A stretch of 64,000 bases of DNA, from NCBI GenBank assembly GCA_041653635.1, contig JBAZFC010000001.1, forward strand, positions 265,111-329,110. The letters run 5' to 3'. The notes under the pieces were generated by a model. The model did not search any database. It was given only the letters and a program-made list of their open reading frames with translations, and was not told where the DNA came from. The position numbers and the translations under genes were made by a program. The DNA comes from Candidatus Micrarchaeia archaeon. GTDB taxonomy: Archaea; Micrarchaeota; Micrarchaeia; Anstonellales; Bilamarchaeaceae. Below are positions 16,423 through 26,367 of this stretch, piece by piece (within the stretch, counting starts at the first letter, position 1; every line of letters starts with the position of its first letter).

Positions 16423-17088
16423 CTAGAGTCTCCTTGCCACGCCCAGCAGTTCCGAGAATTTCCTTATCTGCGCATCCGCCTTCCCCTTCTGCCTGGAGTA
16501 GGGGCCCTGGAGGATGCGGACTGTGTAGATGCCGAGCTTCTTTGCGGGAAGGATGTCCGAATCCATCCTGTCCCCGACCATGATGCACGCCGATGGCTTG
16601 GCCTTCACGTGCGCGAGCACCTTGCGGAAGAACGAGGGGCTTTTCTCCTCCCCGATTTCCCCTGATACGAATACGTCCTCAAAGAAGAGGTGTATGCCCA
16701 TGCGTATGAGCTTGTCCCACTGCTTGACCGCGTCCCCGTTCGTGGCGACATAGAGCCGGTAACCCCTTTTCTTCAGCTCCAGGAGAGTCTTGGGGACCTC
16801 GGGGTAGGGCTGGATGGAGGATTTGGTGTTGTGGTAGGCGGCGACCGCGGCCGCCACGTAGCGGGCAGGGCGTTTTACGCCCATCTTCCGCAGCAGGCTG
16901 TCAAAATGGTTGGGATAATTGGAGCCCTTCTCCCTTATGAGCCTCTGCAGCCCCCTGTACAGCTCACGCTCGCTTGCGTCCAGCCCGGTCTCTATCATCG
17001 CGCGCAACGCGTTCCTCCTCGCCAGCTCCGCGAACTCGGCGGTTGGGAAGAGGGTGTTGTCCACATCGAAGAAAATGCAGGCCCTCAT
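16423..17088 (-). CDS. HAD-superfamily hydrolase (archaeal TIGR02253-like)
   Basis: FFDVDNTL, ATNG, KQWDKLIR and MVGDRMDSDI motifs. Confidence 0.88.
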   Translation of the reverse strand: MRACIFFDVDNTLFPTAEFAELARRNALRAMIETGLDASERELYRGLQRLIREKGSNYPNHFDSLLRKMGVKRPARYVAAAVAAYHNTKSSIQPYPEVPKTLLELKKRGYRLYVATNGDAVKQWDKLIRMGIHLFFEDVFVSGEIGEEKSPSFFRKVLAHVKAKPSACIMVGDRMDSDILPAKKLGIYTVRILQGPYSRQKGKADAQIRKFSELLGVARRL

Positions 17089-17163
17089 CAATCCTAAATC
17101 GGTAAGAATATGTTTATATATTGTTCTCTGGGAATTCTCTATGTTCTTTTAGATGGTGAGTGA

Positions 17164-17277
17164 TTGGGATCAAGACCTAGGAAATGGAAGAAGAAGGGCC
17201 GCATGCGCTGGAAGTGGGTAAAGAAGAAAAGGCGCAGGCTCAAGAAGAAGATGAAGAGAAGGGTCGGCGAGCTTTAG
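17164..17277 (+). CDS. rpl41e: Ribosomal protein eL41 (eS32), 37 aa, TTG start; absent from the ORF track
   Basis: [37 protein letters not shown] resembles archaeal eL41 ([15 protein letters not shown]). SD GGTGAG at 17155-17160. Confidence 0.9.
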   Translation: MGSRPRKWKKKGRMRWKWVKKKRRRLKKKMKRRVGEL

Positions 17278-18611
17278 ATAAGGCTCTTCGCTAGTTTTTC
17301 ATATTCCTTCACGAGAGCTTCGGCTTTGTCGCGGGATTTCGCCTCGCCAAAGATGCGGACATAGGGTTCGGTGCCGGATGCCCTTACGATTACCCATGAG
17401 TCGTCAAAAGTGAGGCGTACGCCGTCTATATCCATTGTCTTGTATCCTTTCTGCTTGGCGTGTTTCCCTACGCCGTCAAGGACGGACTTCTTTTCCTTCT
17501 CGCTGCATTCAACCCGGGTTTTTACATTATAGTAAGAAGGGATTTCCTTCAGCCATGCGGAGAGCGGCTTTTCGCATATCGCCTCAACTATTTTAGCAGC
17601 GGTGAGGATGCCGTCCTTTGCGAGGGAAAGCCCGGGCCATATGACACCGCCCACCTCCTCGCCGCCGATTGCCGCCTTTCCTTTCGCCATCTCCTCGCTC
17701 ATGTATGGGGCGCCCACCTTTGTATAGATGGTTTTGCACCCGAATTTGGAGGCGACATCTTCCACTGCTTTGCTGGTCGCGACAGTGGTCACCACGTCGC
17801 CCTTCTTTTCCTTCAGCTTGAGCAGGACCGAGAGGGCGCACACCTTGTCGCCCACTACGAAATCCCCCTTCTCGTCCACGAAGACGATGCGGTCCCCGTC
17901 CCCGTCCCAGGCGATTCCGCAATCAGCTTTTGTTTCCTTCACCACCTTCATCAATTCTTGTATATTCTCCTCCCTCGGCTCGGACGGGCGGCCGGGGAAA
18001 TGGCCGTCCATGTGCGAATTGATTGTGAGGATTCTGCAGCCCAGTTCCTTGAAGAGCTGGGGCGCGATTGTTGCGGTGGTGCCGTTCCCTATATCCAATA
18101 TAATGAAGGGCTTTCTTTTTGCGAACCTTTCCGGGTGGAGGAGGGACTTAATCGCATCCATGTGCTCGCGTGCCGGGCTGCGGTGCTCCTGCACCGGCTT
18201 TATGGAATCAAAATCCGCAAGCTTCACCTTGCCGAATAATTTCTCTATTTCCTCCCCCCTCTCCCGGGAAACGGAAACCCCTTTTCCGTCTATCACCTTG
18301 AGCCCGTTGTATTCGGGCGGGTTGTGGGATGCGGTTATTATGATTAATCCGTCGCCCTTCAGTTCCTTGAGCATAAACTCGGCGGTGGGGCTGGTTGTTA
18401 TGCCTAGGTCTACAACCTCGCAGCCCACGCCCTGCAATCCGGAGAGCACCGCGTTCTTGAGCATCTCCCCTGTGAGGCGGTGGTCACGCGCGACGAGGAT
18501 TTTTCCGCATTTGAAATGGGCGCCAATCGCCTGCGCGGCCTGCAATGCGAGCGCGGGGCCGACCCCTTCAAGCGTACCGCGGATTCCGTTCGTCCCGAAA
18601 TATTTTGCCAA
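17274..18611 (-). CDS. glmM: Phosphoglucosamine/phosphomannomutase
   Basis: [24 protein letters not shown] and RASGTEP motifs. Confidence 0.9.
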   Translation of the reverse strand: MAKYFGTNGIRGTLEGVGPALALQAAQAIGAHFKCGKILVARDHRLTGEMLKNAVLSGLQGVGCEVVDLGITTSPTAEFMLKELKGDGLIIITASHNPPEYNGLKVIDGKGVSVSRERGEEIEKLFGKVKLADFDSIKPVQEHRSPAREHMDAIKSLLHPERFAKRKPFIILDIGNGTTATIAPQLFKELGCRILTINSHMDGHFPGRPSEPREENIQELMKVVKETKADCGIAWDGDGDRIVFVDEKGDFVVGDKVCALSVLLKLKEKKGDVVTTVATSKAVEDVASKFGCKTIYTKVGAPYMSEEMAKGKAAIGGEEVGGVIWPGLSLAKDGILTAAKIVEAICEKPLSAWLKEIPSYYNVKTRVECSEKEKKSVLDGVGKHAKQKGYKTMDIDGVRLTFDDSWVIVRASGTEPYVRIFGEAKSRDKAEALVKEYEKLAKSLI

Positions 18612-18620
18612 TCATTCACC

Positions 18621-19556
18621 TTAGGATGAGCTCTTCACTATCCATTCCATAGTATCTTTGAGCCCTTCTTCTAAAGAATATTGCGGTTTGAAGCCAAGCA
18701 CATTCTCCGCCTTCACCGTGCTCGCGAAGGAGCGGCGTATGTCTCCGGGCCTTGGCGGCCTGTGGATTGGGACTGCCTTGCATTTCGCCATCTTCGCAAT
18801 CCGCTTCCAAAGGTCGTTTATGCTGACCTCGGTGCCGCTGCCGACGTTGAATATTTCGCCAGCCGCCTTCTTTTCATCCATTGCGAGGAGGTTCGCCCTC
18901 ACCACGTCCTTGACGAAAATGAAATCCCTGGTCTGCTCCCCGTCACCGAAAATCACCGGCTGCTCGTTCTTCAGCGCGGCAGATATGTATTTGGATATGA
19001 CGCTGGAATAGGGCGAGGACGGCGACTGGCGCGGGCCATATACGTTGAAGTAGCGTAGGCAGACGGTCTGCAGCTTGTAATCCTTGAAATATTTCTGCGC
19101 GTTCATCTCGTTGATGTGCTTGCTCTCGCCGTAGGGGGACTTGGGGGCGAGGGAGCCGTCCTCCCTCTTCGGCAGGGCGAGCGTGTCGCCATAGACCGCG
19201 GCGGAGGACGCGAGGATTACGCGCTTCACCCCGGAGCGGTGTGCGGCGCCGAGCACGAGCAGCGTGCCCCTTATGTTTATGTCCCAGGTCTTGACCGGGT
19301 TCCTGATTGATTCCTCGGCCGAGACCATCGCCGCCTCGTGGAAGACGTAATCGCAGCCCTTCACCGCGCCGTCCACGGTCTGCTTGTTGGTGATGGACCC
19401 CTCAAGGAACTCAACCTTCTTCTCTATCCCTTTGAGGTTCTCCATCTTCCCGGAGGAGAAATTGTCCAGGATGCGCACTTCGTGCTTGTTTTTCACGAGT
19501 TCCTCTGCGATGTGGGAACCCATGAAACCCGCCCCTCCGGTCACGAGGATTTTCAT
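18621..19556 (-). CDS. NAD-dependent epimerase/dehydratase (UDP-Glc/GlcNAc 4-epimerase-like)
   Basis: TGGAGFMG, SSAAVYG, YGESK and RYFNVYGPRQ motifs. Confidence 0.9.
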   Translation of the reverse strand: MKILVTGGAGFMGSHIAEELVKNKHEVRILDNFSSGKMENLKGIEKKVEFLEGSITNKQTVDGAVKGCDYVFHEAAMVSAEESIRNPVKTWDINIRGTLLVLGAAHRSGVKRVILASSAAVYGDTLALPKREDGSLAPKSPYGESKHINEMNAQKYFKDYKLQTVCLRYFNVYGPRQSPSSPYSSVISKYISAALKNEQPVIFGDGEQTRDFIFVKDVVRANLLAMDEKKAAGEIFNVGSGTEVSINDLWKRIAKMAKCKAVPIHRPPRPGDIRRSFASTVKAENVLGFKPQYSLEEGLKDTMEWIVKSSS

Positions 19557-19595
19557 TTTCTCAGCGCCTTAGGCTCTCTTTATACTTATTTAAAG

Positions 19596-21527
19596 CTAAT
19601 CTCGCGACGTTTGGGTAGGGTGGGCGAGCAGCATGAGCGCCAGGAGCCACGCGATTGCTGAAAGGGCTGCAAAGATGCCGAAGTAATTGGGCGGGGAATA
19701 GGAAAGCTTCAGCTCGTGGGGGCCTCCGGAAGCCTGTATTGGAATGCTGAGGAAGCCGCCTGCATTTTCAACAGGGGCCGGGTCGGAATCAACGTACGCC
19801 TTCCAGTATGGATAGTAGCTCTCCGAGATTGAGAGCGTTCCGGAGAAGGGGCCGGTGAAATCTATTGAGATGGCTCCGGAACTCTTGGTGTAGCTCCAGT
19901 TCCGGCTGAGATATGGCCTGCTGCCGATTACATCATAGGAAACCAGCGGGTAATGCGAGCCTGAGCGGGAGAGGCAGGGGGAGGCGTCCGCAAAGGCGAC
20001 GGCCTCCGGGAAATTGGAATTTGCAATCACGGTATCAACGCTTCCGGAGCGGATTGCATCGCAGAACGCTTCTGGGGAGGGCAGGTCGCATGCCTTCATC
20101 TTTCCGAGGTTTATGGTGCTGAGGATGCCGAACCCGCCCGCGATTTCGGAAAGGGACCTCTTTTCCGAGCAGGTGAATGCCACATCCGCGAGGCTGCGCG
20201 GGCTGGCTTCCGCGAACCAGCCGTTGTATATTTCCTTATGGAAATAGTGCGGAAGCATATAAGTCTCGTAGAGGAAGGCGCCCATGTTCGGCTTGTCTTC
20301 ATATTGCGCGAGAAGGCCCATTCCCCCTGGGATGAGAAGGGCGCGGTGCTGGGTTTGGCCCGCGGCCCACTCGGCCATTGCATATGTGTCCGGAGAAACG
20401 TATGAGGGCACCACCAGCAGTGAGGAGATGAGCAGGAGGGCGAGGAAGAAGGCGGATATTGGTAAGAGGGAGCTTCCCGGACTTAGATATTTGGGGATGA
20501 ACAATGCAAAAACCATTGGTATGAACAGCGGGAGCTTCACCCCCGCCTGGTCGCCGTGCGGAAGGAAAGCGGACCAGAGGAGGATTGCGAAAATGCTGAG
20601 GAGGAAGAAACGAAGCGGGGCTGCGTCCTTTCCACGGTATGCCAAGCGGATGGAGGCAAGCGAAAGCAGGGCAAGGATGGCGATGGACAGGACGGAAACG
20701 AGATTTATATAAACCGCGAACGCCCTGCCGAAGGGCGCAAGGGCGATTGTAGCGACCTGCGCAAGCGAGGATTCGGAAAAGTTGAGCGGGGAATCGCCTA
20801 TTGAATAGTTCAATGCGAGCGGGAACCAGAAAAAGCCCGCAAGTGCGGCGGACATCACCATTATGGATGCGAAGCGCTTCAGCGAAGGTAGGGACGGGCT
20901 GAAGGAAACGATGTAGATGAGGCCGAAAAGGGCCGCTGCGAAAGGCATGAGGAGATGGGAGAGAGCCGCGATTGCGAGCGAGATGGAGGAAAGCGCAGCT
21001 GGCCTGAGCCATTCCTTGCTGCCGATTGCACGGATTAAGTATTTCAGGAAAAGGAAGCAGAAGGGAAGGGCGAGCATCGCGGAGAGCAACCCGCCGTTTA
21101 GGTCGTACGCGAAAACAGGGGAGAAGGAGAATAGGTAGAGCGCAAGCGCCCTCTGTTCTTCGGTGAAATCAAATTCCTTAAGGAGAAGGAAGAACGTGAC
21201 TGGAATGAATGCGAATATTATGGCGAAAACAATCTTGTATGCGTTTTCCACTCCCACGATGCCGGATATGGCCGCCCCTGCGAGATGGGAAAGGGGCGGG
21301 TACTGGTCCAGGAGGGGATGCCCCGCGTACCACCAGTGGTTCCAGGAAGTGAGGCCCTCCTCTGCGATGAGCCCGATTTGGAAGAGGTGCGTCGCGGTGT
21401 CCACGCCGCCGGGATAAAAGGAAACGCTGAAGGCGCGGATGAGGAGGAGTGCATAGATGAGGATGCAGATTGCGAGCGCATATCGGCTCTGGAGAAATAA
21501 GCTGGATTTTGTTTTCCGCATTTGCAT
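19596..21527 (-). CDS. Multi-TM GT-C-like membrane protein (PTPS-related / YfhO-like)
   Basis: GVDTATH, WNHWWYAGHP...YPPL, many TMs, and C-terminal ISESYYPYWKAYVD. Start uncertain. Confidence 0.75.
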   Translation of the reverse strand: MQMRKTKSSLFLQSRYALAICILIYALLLIRAFSVSFYPGGVDTATHLFQIGLIAEEGLTSWNHWWYAGHPLLDQYPPLSHLAGAAISGIVGVENAYKIVFAIIFAFIPVTFFLLLKEFDFTEEQRALALYLFSFSPVFAYDLNGGLLSAMLALPFCFLFLKYLIRAIGSKEWLRPAALSSISLAIAALSHLLMPFAAALFGLIYIVSFSPSLPSLKRFASIMVMSAALAGFFWFPLALNYSIGDSPLNFSESSLAQVATIALAPFGRAFAVYINLVSVLSIAILALLSLASIRLAYRGKDAAPLRFFLLSIFAILLWSAFLPHGDQAGVKLPLFIPMVFALFIPKYLSPGSSLLPISAFFLALLLISSLLVVPSYVSPDTYAMAEWAAGQTQHRALLIPGGMGLLAQYEDKPNMGAFLYETYMLPHYFHKEIYNGWFAEASPRSLADVAFTCSEKRSLSEIAGGFGILSTINLGKMKACDLPSPEAFCDAIRSGSVDTVIANSNFPEAVAFADASPCLSRSGSHYPLVSYDVIGSRPYLSRNWSYTKSSGAISIDFTGPFSGTLSISESYYPYWKAYVDSDPAPVENAGGFLSIPIQASGGPHELKLSYSPPNYFGIFAALSAIAWLLALMLLAHPTQTSRD

Positions 21528-21566
21528 TCCCGCTTTGGATTGACCCTTAAACATTAAAAAATCCGG

Positions 21567-21998
21567 CTAGGCGCCGCGTTCAAAAAGAACATGGGCCGGC
21601 TGGAAGCCGCAATCCTCAAAAAGCTTCATTGAGGCGCCGTTGGACGGCTTTACTTTCGCGATGAGCTTCCTTATGCCAAGCTCCTTGCACATCCCTATCG
21701 CGGCCTTCAGGGCCTCGGTTGCCAGGCCCTTTCCCCGATGACCTTCCGATATGAGGATGCTCACCTCGTATGCGCCATCCCGCTTGTCCATCCTTAGGAG
21801 GCCAACCTGCTCCTTGCCGGAATGGATTATGAATGAGTGGTTTTTGCCGTCCTTGAGCCTGGAGTTCCAGTATGCAACGTGCTCCTCCAAGGAAACCGGC
21901 TTCTGGCTGAAGCTCTGCTCCCGCGTTGAGGGTTCGTTTATCCATCCGAATATCTGTTTCACGTCGGCTTCTCCGGCCTTCCTGAGCGAGACAGTCAT
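21567..21998 (-). CDS. pseH: GNAT N-acetyltransferase, PseH-like
   Basis: IFGWINEPSTREQSF...EEHVAYW, RGKGLA and N..S..LF...GF motifs. Follows pseB-pseC-pseI. Confidence 0.7.
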   Translation of the reverse strand: MTVSLRKAGEADVKQIFGWINEPSTREQSFSQKPVSLEEHVAYWNSRLKDGKNHSFIIHSGKEQVGLLRMDKRDGAYEVSILISEGHRGKGLATEALKAAIGMCKELGIRKLIAKVKPSNGASMKLFEDCGFQPAHVLFERGA

Positions 21999-23038
21999 TC
22001 AAAATCCCCCTCCAAGATGCCTTTCCAGGCGGCGATGTCCCTCTTCGCCTTTTTGCCTATAATCTGCTCAAGGTATTTGGGGGGAAGCCCCCTGCCCGCC
22101 TTGCCGGGCCGCAGCGCTGCCACATTTTCGCTTGAGAATATCTCGCCCTTGCGGATGTTCCGTATTGCGTGTATAGAGCGCTTCGCAAAATCGTATAGCT
22201 CCTTCTCCTCAGGCAATACGAACTTCTCTTCGGTGCCGAGCGCCTTCTCGGTCCCGCGGATATATTCTACGAGGAGCTTCAGCTCGCCCGGCTCAAGAGC
22301 GAACTTGTGGTCCGGGCCCGGAAGGCTGTTGTCAAGGGTGAAGTGCTTCTCTATTATGCTGGCGCCGAGGGCGACCGCGGCGAGCGGGGCTATGAAGGGC
22401 TCCCTGCTGTGGTCCGAGAAGCCGGCGGGAACATCAAACTTGTCCATGAGTGTCTTAACGACCTTCACATTCACCGCTGTGAGCGGGGCGGGGTATTTGG
22501 CAGTGCACTGCATCAGCGCAAGCTGGGCGCCTTCGGAGCGGACCGCATTAACCGCATCCCTGATTTCCTCCATAGTGCTTGCACCTGTGGAGATTATGAC
22601 CGGCTTCCCTTTCCTGGCGACGTGCCTTATGAGCGGGATGTGGTTGCATTCGTAGGAGGCAATCTTATGTGCGGGAACATATCTATCCAGCAGGTCGGCG
22701 CTTTCCTCGTCAAAGACGCTGGAAAGGAAGAATATCCCTTTCTTGTCGCAGTAGGAAGAGAGCGTGCCCAGCCATTCCTCAGGAAGCTCCATGTCCTTTA
22801 TTATCTGGAATATGGACTTGCCGTCCTTGAGGTAGTCCGCGCTGCCGGCGGGCTTCACGTAGAGCTTTTCCGCCTTGAACAATTGGAACTTTACGGCGTC
22901 CGCCCCGGCCTTTGCCGCTTCGTCTATGAGTTTTTTCGCCTGCTCCAGCTTTCCGTTGTGGTTGGAGCCCGCCTCGGCTATGATGAAGCATGGCTCGCCT
23001 TCCCCGGCCATGCGGTTCCCAATCTTTATCTTTTTCAT
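21995..23038 (-). CDS. pseI: Nonulosonic acid synthase (NeuB/PseI family) with SAF domain
   Basis: IIAEAGSNHNG, AVKFQ, KIAS, GFSDH, IEKHFT and GPDH motifs. Confidence 0.85.
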   Translation of the reverse strand: MKKIKIGNRMAGEGEPCFIIAEAGSNHNGKLEQAKKLIDEAAKAGADAVKFQLFKAEKLYVKPAGSADYLKDGKSIFQIIKDMELPEEWLGTLSSYCDKKGIFFLSSVFDEESADLLDRYVPAHKIASYECNHIPLIRHVARKGKPVIISTGASTMEEIRDAVNAVRSEGAQLALMQCTAKYPAPLTAVNVKVVKTLMDKFDVPAGFSDHSREPFIAPLAAVALGASIIEKHFTLDNSLPGPDHKFALEPGELKLLVEYIRGTEKALGTEEKFVLPEEKELYDFAKRSIHAIRNIRKGEIFSSENVAALRPGKAGRGLPPKYLEQIIGKKAKRDIAAWKGILEGDFE

Positions 23039-23039
23039 T

Positions 23040-24173
23040 TTAGAGCCTCCTGAGGCAGCCCTTGACCGCGGAGATTACGCTTTCCGCGTCCCCATCCCCC
23101 ATTTTCGGGAAAAGGGGCAGGGTCACCGTCCTTGAATAGACGTCCTCGGTCACCGGATAGCCCTCGGGCCGGATTCCGAACCGCTTGTAATAGCTGAACC
23201 TGTAGATAGGGATGTAATGCACGTTCACTCCTATGCCGCGGCCCTTCATGCACTCAAAGAACCGGTCGCGGCCCATCTTTTTATCCAGGAGGATTGTGTA
23301 AAGGTGCCAGGCGTGCCTGACGCCCTTCTTCACGTAGGGGATTGTCAATTCCCTGAGTTTCCCGAATTCATCATTGTATATTTTTGCTATCCTGCCCCTG
23401 TTGCTGAGGAACCCCTCTATGCGCTTCAGCTGCGAGATTCCAAGCGCGCACTGGAAATCGGTTATCCTGTAATTCCTGCCGAGCATCTTCATGTCGTATG
23501 CGTAGCCCGTGCGCTCGCCCGGCGTCTTGTCTATGCCGTGGTTGCGGAGGAGCTTTAGCTTGTGGTGGAGCTCCTCATTTTCCGTAGTGACCGCGCCTCC
23601 CTCGCCGGTGGTTATGTGCTTGACCGGGTGGAAGCTGAACACGGTCATGTCCGCGAACGAGCCCACCCTCTTTCCGCCGTACTCAGCCCCGAGGGCGTGG
23701 CAGGCGTCCTCTATGAGGGACAGGCCGTGCTCCTCGGCTATTTCCTTGATTTCCTTTATGTCGCAGGGCTGCCCCGCATAATCCACATATATTATCGCCT
23801 TCGTCTTTCCGGTGATTTTCTTCCTTATCTGCGCGGGGTCTATGTTGTAGGTCTTAGGGTCTATGTCAGCGAAAACCGGTTTGCAATTATTATAGAGGAT
23901 GCAGTTGGAGCTGGCGGCGAACGTAAAGGGGGTGGTGATTATCTCGCTGTCGGGGGGGAGTTCCAGGGCGCCGACCGCGATGTCAAGGGCGGATGTGCCG
24001 GAATTCACGGCCACTGCGTGGGATGCGCCCACGTAATCGCAGAGGCCCTTCTCAAAAAGTTCTACTTTTGGCCCGGTGGTCAGGCGGTCGCTCCTGAGCA
24101 CTTCCACCACGGCTTTCACATCTTCTTCTGAAATGTCCTGCTTGCCGTAGGGTATTTTTTCGTTCGGCATCAT
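23040..24173 (-). CDS. pseC: UDP-4-amino-4,6-dideoxy-N-acetyl-beta-L-altrosamine transaminase
   Basis: IPYGKQ, EDACHALG, FSFHPVKHITTGEGG and GVNVHYIP motifs. Confidence 0.88.
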   Translation of the reverse strand: MMPNEKIPYGKQDISEEDVKAVVEVLRSDRLTTGPKVELFEKGLCDYVGASHAVAVNSGTSALDIAVGALELPPDSEIITTPFTFAASSNCILYNNCKPVFADIDPKTYNIDPAQIRKKITGKTKAIIYVDYAGQPCDIKEIKEIAEEHGLSLIEDACHALGAEYGGKRVGSFADMTVFSFHPVKHITTGEGGAVTTENEELHHKLKLLRNHGIDKTPGERTGYAYDMKMLGRNYRITDFQCALGISQLKRIEGFLSNRGRIAKIYNDEFGKLRELTIPYVKKGVRHAWHLYTILLDKKMGRDRFFECMKGRGIGVNVHYIPIYRFSYYKRFGIRPEGYPVTEDVYSRTVTLPLFPKMGDGDAESVISAVKGCLRRL

Positions 24174-24187
24174 CACACCGCAGCCCC

Positions 24188-25195
24188 TCACAGGAAGCCC
24201 TGCGCCTTGAGCATGCTTGCTATCTGCTCGTTGTTGAGCCGGACGGGGTTGTTGTCGCTTGAATAGCTGAAGTCGCCCGTGAGCTTCTTGCCCTCGTTGT
24301 GGTTGTCCGACTTCCAGAAGCGGTGCTCCGGCTCTATTATGAAGTGGTCCGGGAACTCCTTCGCATGCCTGGCCTCGTCCGCGGTCAGGAGCGTCTCGTG
24401 TATCTTCTCCCCGGGCCTTATGCCTATTATCTTCCTGCGGGCGCCGGGCGCAATCACGTCCGCGAGGTCGGTGACCTTGGTGCTCGGTATCTTGGGCACG
24501 AAAATCTCGCCTCCCTTCATGCGGTGTATGGAGTTCATCACGAAATCAACGCCCTGCTCGAGGGTTATCCAGAAGCGCGTCATCCTCTCGTCCGTTATCG
24601 TGACCTCGCCGGACTCCTTCTGCTTGAGGAAGAGGGGCACGATGCTTCCGCTGCTCCCCATCACGTTGCCATAACGCACGCATGCGAACCTGGTCTTCTT
24701 CTGCCCGGCGTAGGCGTTCGCCTGCACGAAGAGCTTCTCAGCTACGAGCTTGGTCGCGCCATAAAGATTTACGGGCTGCACCGCCTTGTCCGTGCTGAGT
24801 GCGAGCACCTTGTCCACGCCCGTGTCCAGGGCGGCGTCTATGACGTTCCGCGCGCCGTTTATGTTGGTGTCCACCGCCTCAAGCGGGTTGTATTCGCAGA
24901 CCGGGACGTGCTTGAGGGCCGCGGCATGGATCACTATGTCCACGCCCTCCATCGCGCGGTACAGTCTCCTTGAATCGCGCACGTCGCCTATGAAGAACCT
25001 TGCCCTTGTCCATTCATCCGGGCTGAGCTTGCGCTCCATCTCCACCTGCTTGAGCTCGTTCCGCGAGTATATCCTGACCGCCTTCGGCTGCAGCTTTTTC
25101 AGCGCAATCTCGGTGAATTTCTGGCCGAATGAGCCCGTTCCGCCGGTCACCAGGATGAGCTTATCCTTGAACGTATCACTGACAGAATCCTGCAT
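24188..25195 (-). CDS. pseB: UDP-GlcNAc 4,6-dehydratase (inverting)
   Basis: TGGTGSFG, HAAALKHVP, STDKA, YGATK and MTRFWITLEQGV motifs. Confidence 0.92.
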   Translation of the reverse strand: MQDSVSDTFKDKLILVTGGTGSFGQKFTEIALKKLQPKAVRIYSRNELKQVEMERKLSPDEWTRARFFIGDVRDSRRLYRAMEGVDIVIHAAALKHVPVCEYNPLEAVDTNINGARNVIDAALDTGVDKVLALSTDKAVQPVNLYGATKLVAEKLFVQANAYAGQKKTRFACVRYGNVMGSSGSIVPLFLKQKESGEVTITDERMTRFWITLEQGVDFVMNSIHRMKGGEIFVPKIPSTKVTDLADVIAPGARRKIIGIRPGEKIHETLLTADEARHAKEFPDHFIIEPEHRFWKSDNHNEGKKLTGDFSYSSDNNPVRLNNEQIASMLKAQGFL

Positions 25196-25272
25196 CCATA
25201 CACCTGCCCACAAATCCTTGTTTTATTGTATGCATCGCAAATTTAAAAACCATGCCTCTTCGGACGGGAGCC

Positions 25273-26295
25273 CTAGATGGACTTGAGGAGCGCCTTGTAT
25301 TCCCGCTCCAGCCTGCCCAGTTGTTCTTTTTCGTTGAACTGGATTGCCTGTTTTCGGAATTCTGAGGAGAGCTCCCTCCTTTGCCTTTCCGAAGAAGAGA
25401 AATAATTGAGGACTGCGCCTGCGATTGCTTTTGGCTCCAGCGGGAGCACATATTTTTTGTCCACCTTTTCCACGAACTCCTTCGTGCCCGTGTCCGTTGA
25501 AACCATCGTCGGGATTCCGGCAAGCATCGCCTCAAGCGGGGCTATGGGGAAAACGTCGCCGCGGGAGGGGTGCACGTAAAGGGATGTGCTGCGGAACGCC
25601 TTCTCCACGTCCTCCTCCAGGCTCACATTGGGGGTGAGGAGGTGGCTTATCTTGTCCATGTCCAGGTTCCGGTGGATTATCTTCAGTTTTATGGCGGGGT
25701 CCTGCTGGTTGATGAGGGGCATCGCCTTCAGCAGGATGTCCACCCCCTTGTATTCTATGTCGTTGGTCGCGGTTATGGCGATGTTCTTCGTTCCGAGGTC
25801 CGGTTTCATCGCGGCCAGGGCCTCGTACCTCCCGGGCTTTATGTAGGTGTATGAGGTTACGGTCGGGAGCTTCAGATGGAGGGCGGAAAGGACCTCCTGG
25901 GTGTAATTCCCTTCCAGCACCATGCCGTCCACGGACTTGAAGAGCTCAAGGAGCATGCGGGACTCCGCCTTGCCCATCACGCCCTTCCATATGTTGTAGA
26001 AGAGAGGGGAGCCGCAGAGGTTGATTATTTTGCCATTTATCCTGTGCAATCTCTTGGCGATTGCCGGATAGTAGTAGCAGGCCTCGCAGAAATAGATGCC
26101 ATAGCCGCCGGGGATTGAGAGGGCGGATTTGAGGAGGCTGAACGCCTTGGATGGTGCGGACTGCCTCTTGGAGGCGCGGGAGGGGACGGCCATGCTGTCC
26201 GCGGCGACCACGGATGCGAACCTCTCGTGCACCCAGTGGGGCCCGGAGAAGACCGCGAGCGTTTTTTTCCTGATTTCAGGCCACTTGAAGTCCAT
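25273..26295 (-). CDS. Glycosyltransferase (GT4-like)
   Basis: YKGVDILLKA and HPSRGDVFPIAPLEAMLAG motifs. Confidence 0.8.
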   Translation of the reverse strand: MDFKWPEIRKKTLAVFSGPHWVHERFASVVAADSMAVPSRASKRQSAPSKAFSLLKSALSIPGGYGIYFCEACYYYPAIAKRLHRINGKIINLCGSPLFYNIWKGVMGKAESRMLLELFKSVDGMVLEGNYTQEVLSALHLKLPTVTSYTYIKPGRYEALAAMKPDLGTKNIAITATNDIEYKGVDILLKAMPLINQQDPAIKLKIIHRNLDMDKISHLLTPNVSLEEDVEKAFRSTSLYVHPSRGDVFPIAPLEAMLAGIPTMVSTDTGTKEFVEKVDKKYVLPLEPKAIAGAVLNYFSSSERQRRELSSEFRKQAIQFNEKEQLGRLEREYKALLKSI

Positions 26296-26367
26296 TATAA
26301 GACGCCTGCACTTCTAAGGGCGGCTAAAAGCTTTTATACTATTGCTGAGAAGTAAAAAGAAGATGAT

